A stretch of DNA of 53,952 bases, filler included, from Streblomastix strix (Eukaryota): assembly GCA_008636045.1 (NCBI GenBank). It is 3 parts of 3 records of this genome, joined end to end, with 100 filler letters (N's around TTAATTAATTAA, not from the genome) between each part and the next. Parts side by side here need not be neighbours in the genome. Positions count along the whole stretch, not along the records: positions 36,054 to 53,952 come from SNRW01000660.1; 2 more parts are not named here. One strand, 5' to 3'. Under the pieces are notes generated by a model. The model was not told the DNA's origin, ran no database searches, and saw nothing but the letters and a program-made list of their open reading frames with translations. The position numbers and the translations under genes were made by a program. Below, piece after piece: positions 40,573-53,867 of this stretch. Each line of letters begins with the position of its first letter. The first letter of the stretch is position 1.

Positions 40573-43500
40573 ATGAAAAGAGCAGTTGATTCTCATCCTT
40601 AGAAGTAAAGAGAAAATAGTGAAGAGGTAGAGAAGTAGTCTGGTAGCGAGCAATAAATAAATTCTCATGCTCTTTTTTCTGAATGCATTACATAATTACA
40701 TTAAATATCAAAATCAATAAATAGCTATAATGAAAGTGAAAATGAAATATAATTTGGGATAGAATAGAATAATAGATCTTCTATAAAAGCAATTCCTCAC
40801 TTACCACTATTATTTCAGATAACACACAATTGTATCAATGTTATTACTAAACATATTCCTAATTGGCTTAATTTTGAAATTGATATTAATGCAAATGAAT
40901 AAAACAAATAATGTTTTAATTATAAATGTATGTAAATGAAATTGCCTTCTTCAAATTCACACTAATTTTTAATTAATTAAAACATTATTTAGACATATAT
41001 GCAATAAAAATAATTAGATATTTGTAATTTGGTTGATGACATAATGACAATTATCAAATATTAATTTTCTTAATAATAGTAAGGAATTAGAGATAATCAA
41101 TAATATTAAGTGATATTATTATAATCATTCATTATTATTAAGTGCTTATTTACACTTCTTAAATCTATAATTAATAAAATATTAAAAGAAAGAAATAATA
41201 ACAATGAAATAATTTAGTAATATTTATCTTCAATTTCTTCTTATATAGTCACTGTGATAATTGAATAAATAATTGGAGAATAATTCTAAAATTGGATTGA
41301 TATTTATAATGAAATAAGTTTAAAACAATAGGAAGATTAATTATAATAAAATTTATAACAATCAAAAAAACATAAGAACAATAATAATTAAATTAATAAA
41401 AGAATAATATCCTCTTTATTCAAAATATTTTCTATATCTCTTAATATCATTCTTAAAACAATTAATATTGTTTCTATTAATTCTATTAGATCAGTTATTT
41501 GTTCCACAAGAGAATAGCAATTTCCACATCCAATTAAATAATTTCCACTGTATAATGCAAGAGAATAATTATTATAAAATATAATTTATGGAAATAAATA
41601 GATTCGATTAAATATTTTATAAATAATAATATTGGCAATGAAAGAAATAAAGCGAATAGAAGAAGAAAAAAAAGGAAAATAGAACAAAAAAGAAATAAAT
41701 GGAAAATAGATAAAAGAAGAAATAATGAGTATAGAAGAAGAAACAAAATAATAATATCCTCATTTAAAAATTGTATAAAGGCTAATATTATTTGGTTTAG
41801 AAATTATAAATTATTCATTATAATATATATAAATAGATAATATTTAATTTTAAAATAAATTTGATGTTGCAAATATAATATTTGATTTTAAATATAATAC
41901 TGGACAAATATGGAACACATAGCTATTTTTAAATGGAAGACAATAAATTGAACAATAAGATTTATAATTAAGAAATAATAAGGTTATAACTCCTTTAGAA
42001 TAACTAATAATTTATTATTCAATTAATATTGATAGATTTGATAATATTTATTCTTCATAATAAACTTATTTAAAATCATAATAAAAAATTAAATCTTCTA
42101 TTAATAATGAAGCTAATAAAATAAATTAGAATATTGATAAAATAGAAGAAGAAAGTCAAACTTAATATTTGAAAAATTACGATGAATATGATATAAGATT
42201 AATACTAGCATAAAATCTTTTTCTTAATCATGTTTCCACATTTATATCATATTCATCTGAACATCAATATGATAATTAAATTATAAATAATATTTCAATT
42301 TAATCATCATAAATAATATAAAGAATGTGTTAACTATTATCATAATTATATTTATAAAAGTAATAGTTCAATATAAATAAATAACAAACTAATGTAATGA
42401 AAATTTAACCAAAAGGTGAAGAGAGAAAGAAATTTGAAAATTAAGTCTTAGAAAAATAATAAAATTCTTAATAATAACCAACATTATCTGAGAATAAAGG
42501 ATAAAAATATTCATTTTCACCACCAAAATATTCTGAACAATCTTATCTTCATCATTCTATCACTTAATCTTTTCTTCTTTATTTCAATAATATTAAAAAT
42601 AACATATTTTCTATTACTCCTGAATTTTCATCTTTTTCATCTTCATATCTTTCATTTATATATTCTTCACTTATATACTAACCGTAATTTGCCAATTCAA
42701 TTTTATTATCCCAATTTAATATTAGTAATGATTGTTAGGAAAATGGAATATTTAATACATAATCAATTATTTAGATGTTTTTTGATATTGTAATTAAAGC
42801 AAATGATAATATTGATTTATTTAATTAAGAAAATAACGATGGAGAATAAAAATATTACTAGAATCTCATTCTTGCCTAAGTATTACTTATCATCCGTCAT
42901 TTATTTACATAATTATAAATACATAATAACAATATAGATTTTATTTCAATTTTTGAGAAGTGTAATTACAAGGATTTATTTTGGAAATCTATAAGATCAT
43001 TTGCTTAAGGATTTGTAGGAAGAAGTAATAAGAAAAGCAAAGGCGATAAAAATAATGATGGTAATTTGAAAGAAAAAGGAAAAGAAAATTAACTAAATAA
43101 AGAAAATAATTGTGCTACATAATTGTTTAATCATTAAATATCTTTTTCTCCTTTTGCTATTATTTTACCATTTTCTTAATATTATTACATGAAATTTAAA
43201 AGATTATAGAAAATTAAATAATTGCAGAATGATAGTGAAGATAATAAATAATTATAAACTCCTCTTGAACCGTCATTAGTTTAGTAATATATTTTTTATT
43301 ATTCTATTAATTAATTCTTATAAAGATGGAATTAAGGTATTTTATAATAAGAATTAGAAAAAAAGATAAAAAGAATTAAGTGATAGGTGGAAATAAAGAA
43401 TAATAATATTAATGAAATTTTGAGAGATGAAAATTAGCATTAAAAGAACTATTTAAATTATTTATAAAAAGAAAATGAATAAATATAGAATTTTATGAGA

Positions 43501-46500
43501 TAATTATAAATAAGTTACAAAGATTCATTATAATAATAAGTGTAGCAACAAATCAAAAAAAGTCACAATGAAATAAATAATTAATAAGAAAACGATTAGG
43601 TATCCTTAATTTCTTAAAGTTCTGTATTAAGTTTTAACAATAATCTTAATTAAGAAATGTCATTTTTTGACGATGATAGTATAAATAGTTATTAAGACAA
43701 TGATTACTAATTTAATTCAACTTCACCTTCTTCTACTTCTCGTTCTCCTGCTCCTTCCACTGCCTCATTTTACAACCAATCAAAATAATAATAATTTAGT
43801 AGTACTATTCGTAAATCTCCATCATAAACATCTATTATTTAATTATAATAATTAATTCAATAAAACGATGAAGAATCTGTTGATTCTATTTCATTATCTG
43901 ATGACAATTATAAACAATTTGAGGAAATTGCCGAAATAACGAGAAAATAAATATTAAATAATATGAAAGATGTTAATTTAAATGAATAAAATATAATTAA
44001 AAGCACAAATAAATAAAATGAGAATCCATTTCTAATTCCTCTTCTTTCTTGTACTGAATTGTCTTCTTTTATTTAATAAATCATTTTTAGAACTATTTCT
44101 AATACATTATTATTAGTAATATAATAATGCGCATTTGATATTATTTCTCATTATATTCATTATATTATTTTATAATGTGAAAATAAAGAAGGAAAAGAAG
44201 ATAATAAGGCTCAAAGATAGGAAATTATAGATAACATGAATTAAAAAATAAGATTGTTATTAGGATACCCAGAAAGTGATATAAATGAATATATTTTAAA
44301 TAATAACAATTTATCATATGAATTTCATTCATCATTCATAGAATATTTCTAATCATATTCAGTTTAAAATGACATTAATAATGATAATTCATTACATTCT
44401 TCTTCTTCAACATTTCGTCCGTTATTTTTTTATACTGCTCAATAACATAATATTAATTTAAATCATTTTCTAACTAATAATACTATTAATAATATAAATA
44501 GTGACAATAATATTATAGATAATGATAATATATTATACAAATTAAGTAACATAGAAAAAAAATATGAATTTGATACAGAAATGCTTGATAGTTGTGTAAA
44601 ATATAGATTGATATAGAATAATAATAATAAATAATAATAATAAAATTTAAAATATAATTAAAAATTATCTTCAAACCTCCATATAGATCTTCATCTAATT
44701 ACTTTGCTTTCTCGTCTTTCTAACGTATCTTCATTTATTCAGGATACTGATTGTAATATTCTTTCATCTTATTCAAGATTTTTTTCAACAATTATTTTAT
44801 GTAAATAAATTATAAATAATAATAATAAATAATAAAATTCATAAGCATCTTTATATCATAATGATATTTTAATTAGTTAAATATATAATTCTCTTTCTGA
44901 AGGTTTACCTCATTATATTCTTAAATCTCATATTAAATATATACTTAATGATGAAATAAAGTCAAATGTTAATAAAGAGAATAATAATAATAAAAGGGAG
45001 AATGATGATGAATAAAAAGAGAAATAAATGACCTAATCGTCTTAATCATTATTCAATTCATAGAATATTCATTTTATTTGTGCTTCTTTGGTTGGTTATT
45101 TATAAAGAGAATTATTTTATTTGTTTTAATAACAATAAATTAATGAATATCTGAAAATGAATCAGAAATTATTAGCAACAGTTCTTATTATAGAAGAAAA
45201 TGAAGGAAAAATTTAATACATAGAAAAAGATGAGTAAAATAGTAATGATATTTAGAATTAAAATATTAAGGATGAAAAATTAAAAGATAATGATATGAAA
45301 AATGAAATTGAGAAAATAAAAAATGAAATTATTAATATTAATAATATTTTCTCAATTTCTTATCCTTCATAATAATAATCTTTTCCATCATATTTATTTT
45401 TTCCATTCAATTCTAAGCTGGCTTTAATTTTGTAATAATAATAATAATTAAAATAGTCATTAATTCTTCAATTCTCTTCTTATATATTAATTAATATTGA
45501 AAAAAAATAAATAGTTGAATTAGAGAAGAAAAAATAAAATATATAAAAAGAAATAGAAGAAGTTAAATAATAATAGTAATAATGGAAAGAAATTGATAAT
45601 GAAAGAGAGAAAAATTAAAAGAAATAATCCCTCAAATTATTGCCTTTTAAGACTACACTACTATAACAATAAAACTAATAACCATTTAAAACTTCATAAT
45701 TATAAAAACAGGTTAAATAATAACCATTTAAAACTACATTACTATAATAATAAAACTTTTCTCTTCTTAATTCTAATCAATTTATACAATCTAAAAAATA
45801 GAAATAATGGATTAATAATTAATAATAATTAATTTAATCATAAACATAAACATTAAAATCTGGAATTATATATTAAAATATTAATTTGAAAGGAATTAAT
45901 AGAATATAATAAATATAAGAACCAAACTTGTAACAGAGAAATATTTAATAATAACAAAATAAATAGACTTAATCATAGACTTCATTATTTAAGCCTTACA
46001 ACACTCAATAATAGTACATGTAATAGATTAAAAATGAAAATAATGATGAAAGTAAAAATGGAAAAGCAGAAATAGAGAATGATAATAAATAAAATAATAA
46101 TTTTATTGATAGAGATGTGAAAAAATAAGAGAGAAATATTGAAGATGAATATTAAGAATTAGAATAATAATAATAAATAAAATAATAAGAAGAAAATTAA
46201 TAAGAAGAAAACATATATGAAGAAGAATTAGATTAATAAGAAGATGATAAAAGTTAGAGGCATTACTATTTATAAACGACTAATATTTCTTATAATTCTA
46301 CATTAAAGTTATATTTTAAAACACATTCAAAAAAGAAAAAGTAAAAAAAAAATTAGAAGGAGAAGAAATAGGAGGGAAAATAATAATAAATATCTAATTT
46401 AGATAATAATAAATAATAAGCGTAAAATGAATAAGAATCTTAGATAAATTCGTAGTAATAAAAGGAAAAAGATTTGATTTCAACAGATAATAATAATATT

Positions 46501-49119
46501 TAGGATAACTAATCTCAGTCTGAAATAGATATTGATCATTTAAATAATAATAAATAATAATTTCAAATTAAATAAGATAGTGAATAAGAATTACTATTAG
46601 AACATAATCGCTCAATTTCCCAAATAACTTAAACTTCATAATAATAATTTTAGTAGAATATAAATATAAATACAAATGAAAAAATGAGAAGTAAAAGTCT
46701 CGATAGAGAAATTGGAGATGATAAAGAAAGTGAATAAAAATAAAATGATGATTAAATGCGGCCTCCATCATCAAAGACTAAAAATTAATAACAATAATAA
46801 TATTTTAAATCCCAATCTCCCTCTTCTTCATTTCTTCAACATTCTCCTTCACCTCCTGTTCATTATACTCATTCTCTTCCATCTCGAACTTCATCACTTC
46901 CTCCTATTTATACTCATTAAATAATTAATTCTTAACTAATCCCATAAACTAATCATTTAAATTAATAAATTAAATCTAAATCAACTAAATAGCCTGCTTA
47001 AAACTCCAATTAATAATTAAAAGAAAATTAAACAACTTTAATTCGTCCTATTTATTAATAACCATAAGAAATTAGATAATAATATATTAATAAAGGTTAA
47101 AAATAATTAAAAGATTAAAATTTATTAAATGATAAAAAAATAAATTTAGAAAAAATAAAAGAATAATTAGAATAACATCTTCAAAAATTGAAAAATGGAG
47201 AATTGACATAATCATTATTATAATATTCTATTAATAAAGTGAATGAAAATAAAATTAAATATTATACATTATTATCTACATATTGTATGATTTAAGAAAT
47301 ATCATCATCATAATAATACACTTAATAATGGTATAATATTTAATTTTTTTCATCTATTCTATCATTTATTTTTGGGATAGCAAAAAGATAATAATTCTCA
47401 ACATTTACTGAATTTTTGTAAAATAAGAATAAATCTATAAAGAAAAGAAAAAATGGAAGATAAATTATGATTAAACATAATAATATTAATGAAATTAATG
47501 GCATTAATTATAGTGAATAGTAATTTAATTTATAAAGATCTTAACTTTTTAATAATATCAGCACTTTCAAACTACAGGAAACCATTAATCCCTTTCCTAT
47601 CTCATTTCTTGTAATTCTGTTTCAACAATTAACAAATTGTCTTGTTTTATCGTAATCGTTAATATTTCCAACAAATTCATTCTCTTGGATTCATCAGCCA
47701 TATTTCTTTTCAATTGTTCATTGTTTATTTTCAATTTTTACTCATCTTCCTTCATTTCCTTAAAATAAATTTGAAAAATAAACAAGTAAATAATTAGATT
47801 AGTAACATTCATCATAATTCTTAATACACAATAATCATCAATATTTTCATAATAAATTAAAAGAGTTAATTTTTTATATTTATTCTAATATTTCTCTTTC
47901 ATCTCCATCATAAAATGGAGAAGTTGGAAGAAAATCCGAGAATTAAGATAAGCATAACATAAATAATTAAAAAGATGAAAATACAATAAGATTAAGTAGT
48001 ATATTTAACAATAACAAATAAATAAATATAGATGAATAAGAAAAACTTGAAGATAATAGTGAATAGGAGAAATTAGAAGATAATAAGAATTTTACATATG
48101 TTAATTAATCTTTATTTTCATCTATATTATTTAATATAAATAAGGCACAATCAGATAATTCACAATTTTTATGTAAATTAAAGTTTAAATTATTAATATA
48201 AGAAAGAGAAAAAAGATAGAAAGAATAAATAAAAATTGAAATGGAAAATGAAATTAAAATTAAAAAATTAAAAGAAAAATAATCACAAGGAAAAACTAAA
48301 AAATTATAATAGAATTAATAGATGAATAAACATACAAGTAGAATTCCTAAATAATAAACTATTAATCTTAAAGATTAATCTCCTAAATAATAAACTTTAA
48401 GTCTTCGGATTTAATCTCCCAGACAATCATTCAAATCTCTTTCAACATAATCTCTTCTTTTTTAACCATAGAAATATTAATAATTATCTCCAATGATTTA
48501 AAATTAAAATAATAAAAGAAACACTCGATATATTTCACCAGCTTTTCATACATCATAGGAATCATAATAATCATAATTATCATAATAATCATAATAATCA
48601 TAATAATCATAATAACATAAACATTCATCATCACCTGCTTATAAATCTCCATCCTCTCCATCCATTGCTTCTTATAATTAGTCTAAAGTTATGGAACATT
48701 ATCATCAACCTCATCATGATTCCACTCATTCTCGTTCTCGTTCTCGCTCTTTATCATAATCTTAATCTTCATAGAATTCAATTCATTCATACTAATCTTC
48801 ATAAATTTATATTCCTTAATCTATTTCGTTATAATCTACTATTTATTTATTGTATTAATTATTAATGAAGAAAAAATAGCCCACATATGAATATTAATAT
48901 TAAAATGCAATATAATTGTGTACGTAAATAATAATTAAATGCATTATTAACCTATTAAATTAAGATTAAAACTAATTTAAAATAAAAGAAGAGAATAAAA
49001 TTGATAATAATGTAATTTAATTAGAAATGGATTAATAAAGATATAATGAAATTAAAGTTCTTACTTTTAATCTCCTTTTCAACCTTATATAGAATTTTAG
49101 ATGGAAGAAGAATAAATGA
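40573..49119 (+). CDS. Hypothetical ~2850-aa Gln/Asn-rich protein, apparently single-exon
   Basis: One frame from ATG 40573 (MKRAVDSHPQKQRENSEEVEK) stays coding-like at every point sampled until TGA 49117-49119. Hydrophobic helical blocks alternate with Q/N/E tracts. A frame-preserving 66-nt GT-AG intron is possible at 40928-40993. Confidence 0.8.
48559..48618 (+). repeat. (TAATCA)/(TAATAATCA) coding microsatellite encoding Gln-Ser repeats
   Basis: Tandem TCA-TAA units in frame with the large ORF. Confidence 0.75.
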
Positions 49120-49360
49120 AAAAAAGAACAAATTTCAAAAATAGGAGCAATTTTTAATTATTCCTGATCAAGATAAAATCAATTTTCATGAGTTTATAAA
49201 TAAAATTTTATAATATTGATTTAGTTTTTATTATTTCCCTCTTTATTTTGTACGCAATATATAATGCATAATTGAAAAACATATGAAGATTATTAAACTG
49301 TTATTTAAAAAATTGATTGTGTTTGAAAATGGACAATTATTTAAAAAAATATTTTTTTAT

Positions 49361-50630
49361 TCAATCTTCGTCATCTTCTGAATATTCACCATTTAATTAA
49401 TCATTGCTTTCATCCCCATTCTCTTCTTTTATCTCATCTCTTTTCCTTTTCACTTTAACCATTTTTATACTACCCCTTTCTTTTTCTGATTCCTATTCAT
49501 CAGAATGGTCTCTATTTTCATCTTCTTTTATTTCTTATTGGTTCTTTTCCTTTTCCTAATTCACTTTTTATTTGCTCTTTTCAATATGACGAATTGCTTT
49601 TGGCCTTTTTGTTTATTTATTCAATTCATTTAAATCTTATTTTTCAACATGAATTCTTGCATTAATTTCACCAGGAAGAATAGCTTTGATTAAATGCTTT
49701 TTCTTTTAACCATGTGTTGGAGGGAGTTTATATGATTCTTTAATAATTTCATCAGCTCCATAAAACTCTCTTCCCAATGAAAAAATAGCTGATGGCCCAA
49801 ATTCTTCTAATTCAGGATTAATTTGATCAATTCCTTCTTTCATTGATATATTCAAAGATTGATCATGCTTCATTAAATACGATTTCATTACTAATTTATC
49901 TTTAGATCCTTCTTATAGCCCAGGAATGGCAAAAAATGAAAGAACAAGATTAGATGATGATACACAAATCTCTTTTACTTTTGGGCCAGTGAAGAAGTCT
50001 AATTATTATGAATGAAATAATATAATTCAACTATAATGAAAGCAATTATATCATACCAAGAAGCAAGTTCTTCAATTTAGCATAGTTTTGAGAAGAATCA
50101 AAAGCATCTCCTGAAAATTGGATATAAGGTTTGCTTCCTGGAATAAGAACAGATTCTACTTACTGGTAAAAAAGAATATAAAATGATAAGGTTAATAATA
50201 ATCTAATGTAAACTGAAGCAAATTCCATCATAGGAGAGTAACTTTCAATGCAAAGTTCTATCAAGTCTGTTAATTGATATGAAAATAATCTACCAAACAC
50301 AATAGAATCACCACGTTTTTTAGATGTCAATCCTAATGCTACAAGAGCACTATCATTCTTCTAAGCTAGAAATTCGATTGATTCTATGCCACGTTGTTCA
50401 AATGGATTGATATCGTTGCTGTTAGATAATTGTTAACAAAATGGATTTTTAATTCTTTGAAGGTCAGAAATGAATTCGCGGACTAATATGCTTATGTGAG
50501 ACCCGTGAAGAAGGAGAGCAGATTTTGGTAGTTCTATTGTTAAGGGCATTTTCTTCTTTAATATTCTTTAGGAATGTCTGTCTTTTGTACGTTTGATGCG
50601 AGCTTAAAGAGCAGAAAATACGTTTTCCAT
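49361..50630 (-). CDS. RPF2: Ribosome production factor 2 (Brix domain)
   Basis: RILKKKMPLTIELPKSALLLHG; NDINPFE...IEFLAQKNDSALVALGLTSKKRGDSIVFGRLFSYQLTDLIEL; PGSKPYIQFSGDAF; LEEFGPSAIFSLGR; ARIHVEKQDLNEL. Two GT-AG introns; TGA 49361-49363. Confidence 0.93.
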
Positions 50631-51307
50631 CTAAATAATAAATAAATAAATATATAAATATATAAATAAATAAATAAGTTAATTAATTAATTAATTAATA
50701 ATGAATGAAAGAAAATTTGTTAGAATTATTTCCTAACTATGAAATTTTGATTTATATTTATACTTTAAATTGATTCATTTTAAATTGTTATTTATGTTTT
50801 TATATATATATAAATAAATAATGTATTAAATCGTATTTTGCTTTCTTTATTTATGTGCTTAATTATTGAAAGATCATGATTTTGTCTAGTTTTTATTTAT
50901 ATAAACTCAAGTTAGATTTTTGAATATATACTTATTCAAATGAAAATAAAAGAAAATAAATATAGTGATTCATTTTCAGTAGAACTGTTAATTTGTAATG
51001 AAATAAATTTAATGAGCGAGTTTAACGATAAAAAATGTTGATGAATAGTACCAGAATTCTTTCCAAGCATATCGTATATTAATTATCTATTTTACATTTA
51101 GAAAATAAATTTTAAAATAAAGAATATTTTTGTTTTGTTGCGGAGAAAAGCGCAATTTAATTAATAAAATATTTAATGAATTTATGCAAAATAGTATTAG
51201 AATTTTAAGTATAAAATTATACATTAGACTTGATTATATATTTATTTTTGATGCACTACATAAATATTCAATATTTTATTCAACCTATAACTTGATAAAT
51301 TTATTTT

Positions 51308-52003
51308 TCACTATTTAATGTTTTAGATCAGGGCTTTTTTCTTTGTCTTTGCCTTGTTGATTGCTTTATTTTTAATAATCAAATCTTTATTTTCATCATC
51401 AAGCGCTGTCAGCACAGCTGACGCAGCATCTATAATATTTCTACTTTTTGATACACAGAGAACAGCTGTTGCCCATTCGCCTATTGATGATTTTCTAGCT
51501 ATCGCTGCTAGCCTTTGCAGTGGGACTGTAGATGTTTAATTATTTGAGGAAGATGGTGAAGAAATCTCAAATCCGTGTCTTATAAGTGCAAGAAGACAAA
51601 GAAGACCCGTAGTACGCCATTGAATAATATCAGGACATATTATTTGTAATGAAGATGCTTATTATATGATTGAATTTTCTTTATCGTGATCTTCATCAAC
51701 CATTCCACCATTTTCTCTTTTAGATTCCACTATCCATTATGAAATTTCTTCTTATTGTGTAGTATAATCGAAGTTAATATCTGATTGTAGTGCATTATCA
51801 CCTATACCAAGTACTTGTAATAGAATAAGAATAAAATTGTTTCTTTGAAATGTTTCTTATATGTGAAGAATAACATTTGATAAAGAATTTTAATCTTGTA
51901 AAATTTATCCGTCTTTAGAAACGTCTTTTTTTTAATTCTTTTTTTATTTATATTAAAATTGAAATTACCATTATTTTATTATAATTTTTCTCTCAATTTT
52001 CAT
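51308..52003 (-). CDS. Hypothetical helical protein (~230 aa), or the 3' remnant of a longer gene
   Basis: Open frame from ATG 52003 to TGA 51308 with a credible core (IQETFQRNNFILILLQVLGIG...IIQWRTTGLLCLLALIRHG...GEWATAVLCVSKSRKIIDAASAVLTALD). The first ~25 codons look intron-like. Confidence 0.55.
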
Positions 52004-52151
52004 AATATAATATCTAAATCTGAATTCTTTCAAGAGTACTAAATTCTTTCTTTCCTAAAAGCCAAAATCGATACAATTTTCATTATTTCGTTTTTCCATT
52101 TTATATTTTATATTTTATATTTTTAATTTTCTTTTTTCTTATATTTAGTAG

Positions 52152-53470
52152 ATGATAAAATCAAAGAAATTTGAAAAATTATTATTTCTAGGTGAAGGAA
52201 CTTTCAACAAAGTATATTAAGTGAGAATTGATGAAAATAACGATATAGTTGCAGTAAAACGAGGGAAGAAAGGAAATAATGAAGAATAAACCATGTATGC
52301 CTAAAATGAAGCTAAAATTCTCCATAAATTGGCACATCCAAACATTGTCCAGTTAAAGGATTACTTTATAGATGAGAAAAAACGTCCTTGTCTTGTTTTT
52401 GATGTTTGTGATACTGATTTACGCAAAATCCTTTAAGACATCACTGCACCACTCCCATTGCCAATTAGAAGAGAGTACTTAAGATACATTCTACTTGCAT
52501 TAGAACATTGCCACAGCCAAAAGATTGTGCACCTAGTATGTATAAAAATAATTTAAATTTTATTAATTTAATTACTTTTTATTGAACACAGGATGTAAAA
52601 CCAGAAAATTTCCTAATAAGTTCTGACCGAATACTTAAGTTATCAGATTTCAGTTTTGCTATAGATTTGAATGATAACCAATGTTTAAAAACTGCCAAAA
52701 TATTTTCTCGTTGGTATTCTCCACCTGAAATTATCTTTGGTTCTTCTCAAGTTGATCCTTCTATTGATATTTGGGCTGCTGGCTGTATTCTTGGGGAAAT
52801 GATATAATGGTATTTTTAATTAATTTAATCATTTATTGTTAATTTTTATGACTATGTTATTTAATTCTGTTTTAATATAGCAAACGACCATTGTTTCCTG
52901 GATCTACAGATATTGAATAATTGTAACTCATTTTTAACTAAATTGGGAATCCAAATTTGGATGATATTTAAGTTTATTTAAACAATTTTTCTAACATTCA
53001 TTATTTATGTTTATTTATTTATTTTAATCAGTTCTTACAACAACTTCCTAATTATATTCATTTTGAAACAATCTAATAATAAACAAGTCTATAGATTGAC
53101 TAATTAATTGATGAAGAAAATTCAAATATTGTTAATGAATTGGATTTGTTGAAGAAACTTCTTACAATTAATCCATTCTAGCGATTAACAGCTACTCAAG
53201 CATTGAGACATATTTATTTTACTTAACAATCGCCTATTGCATCATTAGAACTTCCTGATCCAATGCTTTATAAGTAGCAACCTGTATATCTAAACTTCGA
53301 TTTTTATATTTTTATATTTTTATCTTAAAATTCGCCTCCAATAGAAAAGAAGAGCTCGAAGACACCCTCCGCCTCCTGCCTTAAAAGAAAATGATGAGAA
53401 TCTATAGCCAATAATCCCAATTCGTCTTATGTCAACCGATGATGTTGATGATGATGATGCTAATTACTGA
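52152..53470 (+). CDS. Cyclin-dependent kinase-like kinase (CDK7/CDK20-like), 5 exons
   Basis: LGEGTFNKVY; VAVK; HPNIVQL; IVHL|DVKPEN; LKLSDFS; SRWYSPPEIIFG; IDIWAAGCILGEM; PLFPGSTDIEQL; LPNYIHF; RLTATQALRHIYF. Four GT-AG introns; TGA 53468-53470. Confidence 0.9.
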
Positions 53471-53522
53471 TAATAATAGTTAGAAGTGAATATTATTTTT
53501 TTTTCTTATTTTCTTTTTTCTT

Positions 53523-53867
53523 ATATTTGCTACTGTTGTTGGAAGAAAGAAAAAAGTAATATTTTATTCTCTATTACTTGTATTTATTTTGATTATTGCC
53601 TTCTGATTTTCTATTGTTATAGCGAATTGCCTATGGTTTAGCAACTGTGCGATAAGTTAAAGAGCCACGAATCGCAACAGACTTTTACAAGTTCCAGAAA
53701 GCAGATCAGAAGAAGAGACGTATGTACAAATACAATATTTTTTTTTACATTCTTATTGAAAATTTTTCTTCTGTGTTGTAGGGATGGAAGCTTTAGCAAA
53801 ACAGTTTGAGTAAGATAAAAGGAGCACAGCACTTCTACGTAAATCTCGAATGTTCAAACCATTCTGA
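53523..53867 (+). CDS. RRP7: Ribosomal RNA-processing protein 7, C-terminal domain only; start codon uncertain
   Basis: Spliced over introns 53556-53622 and 53720-53781: FATVVGRKKK|RIAYG...ATDFYKFQKADQKKR|RMEALAKQFEQDKRSTALLRKSRMFKPF-TGA. This matches the Rrp7 signature DFY.FQ.....K.....L...F..DK.......R.F.P[FY]. Confidence 0.8.

Noticed and set aside
49117..49167. Possible TGA read-through (TGA=Trp) at the end of the large ORF and at 52000
   Set aside because: Conserved Trp positions in the kinases and WD40 repeats use TGG and all intact genes end in TGA. A short open stretch after a stop is expected with a single stop codon.
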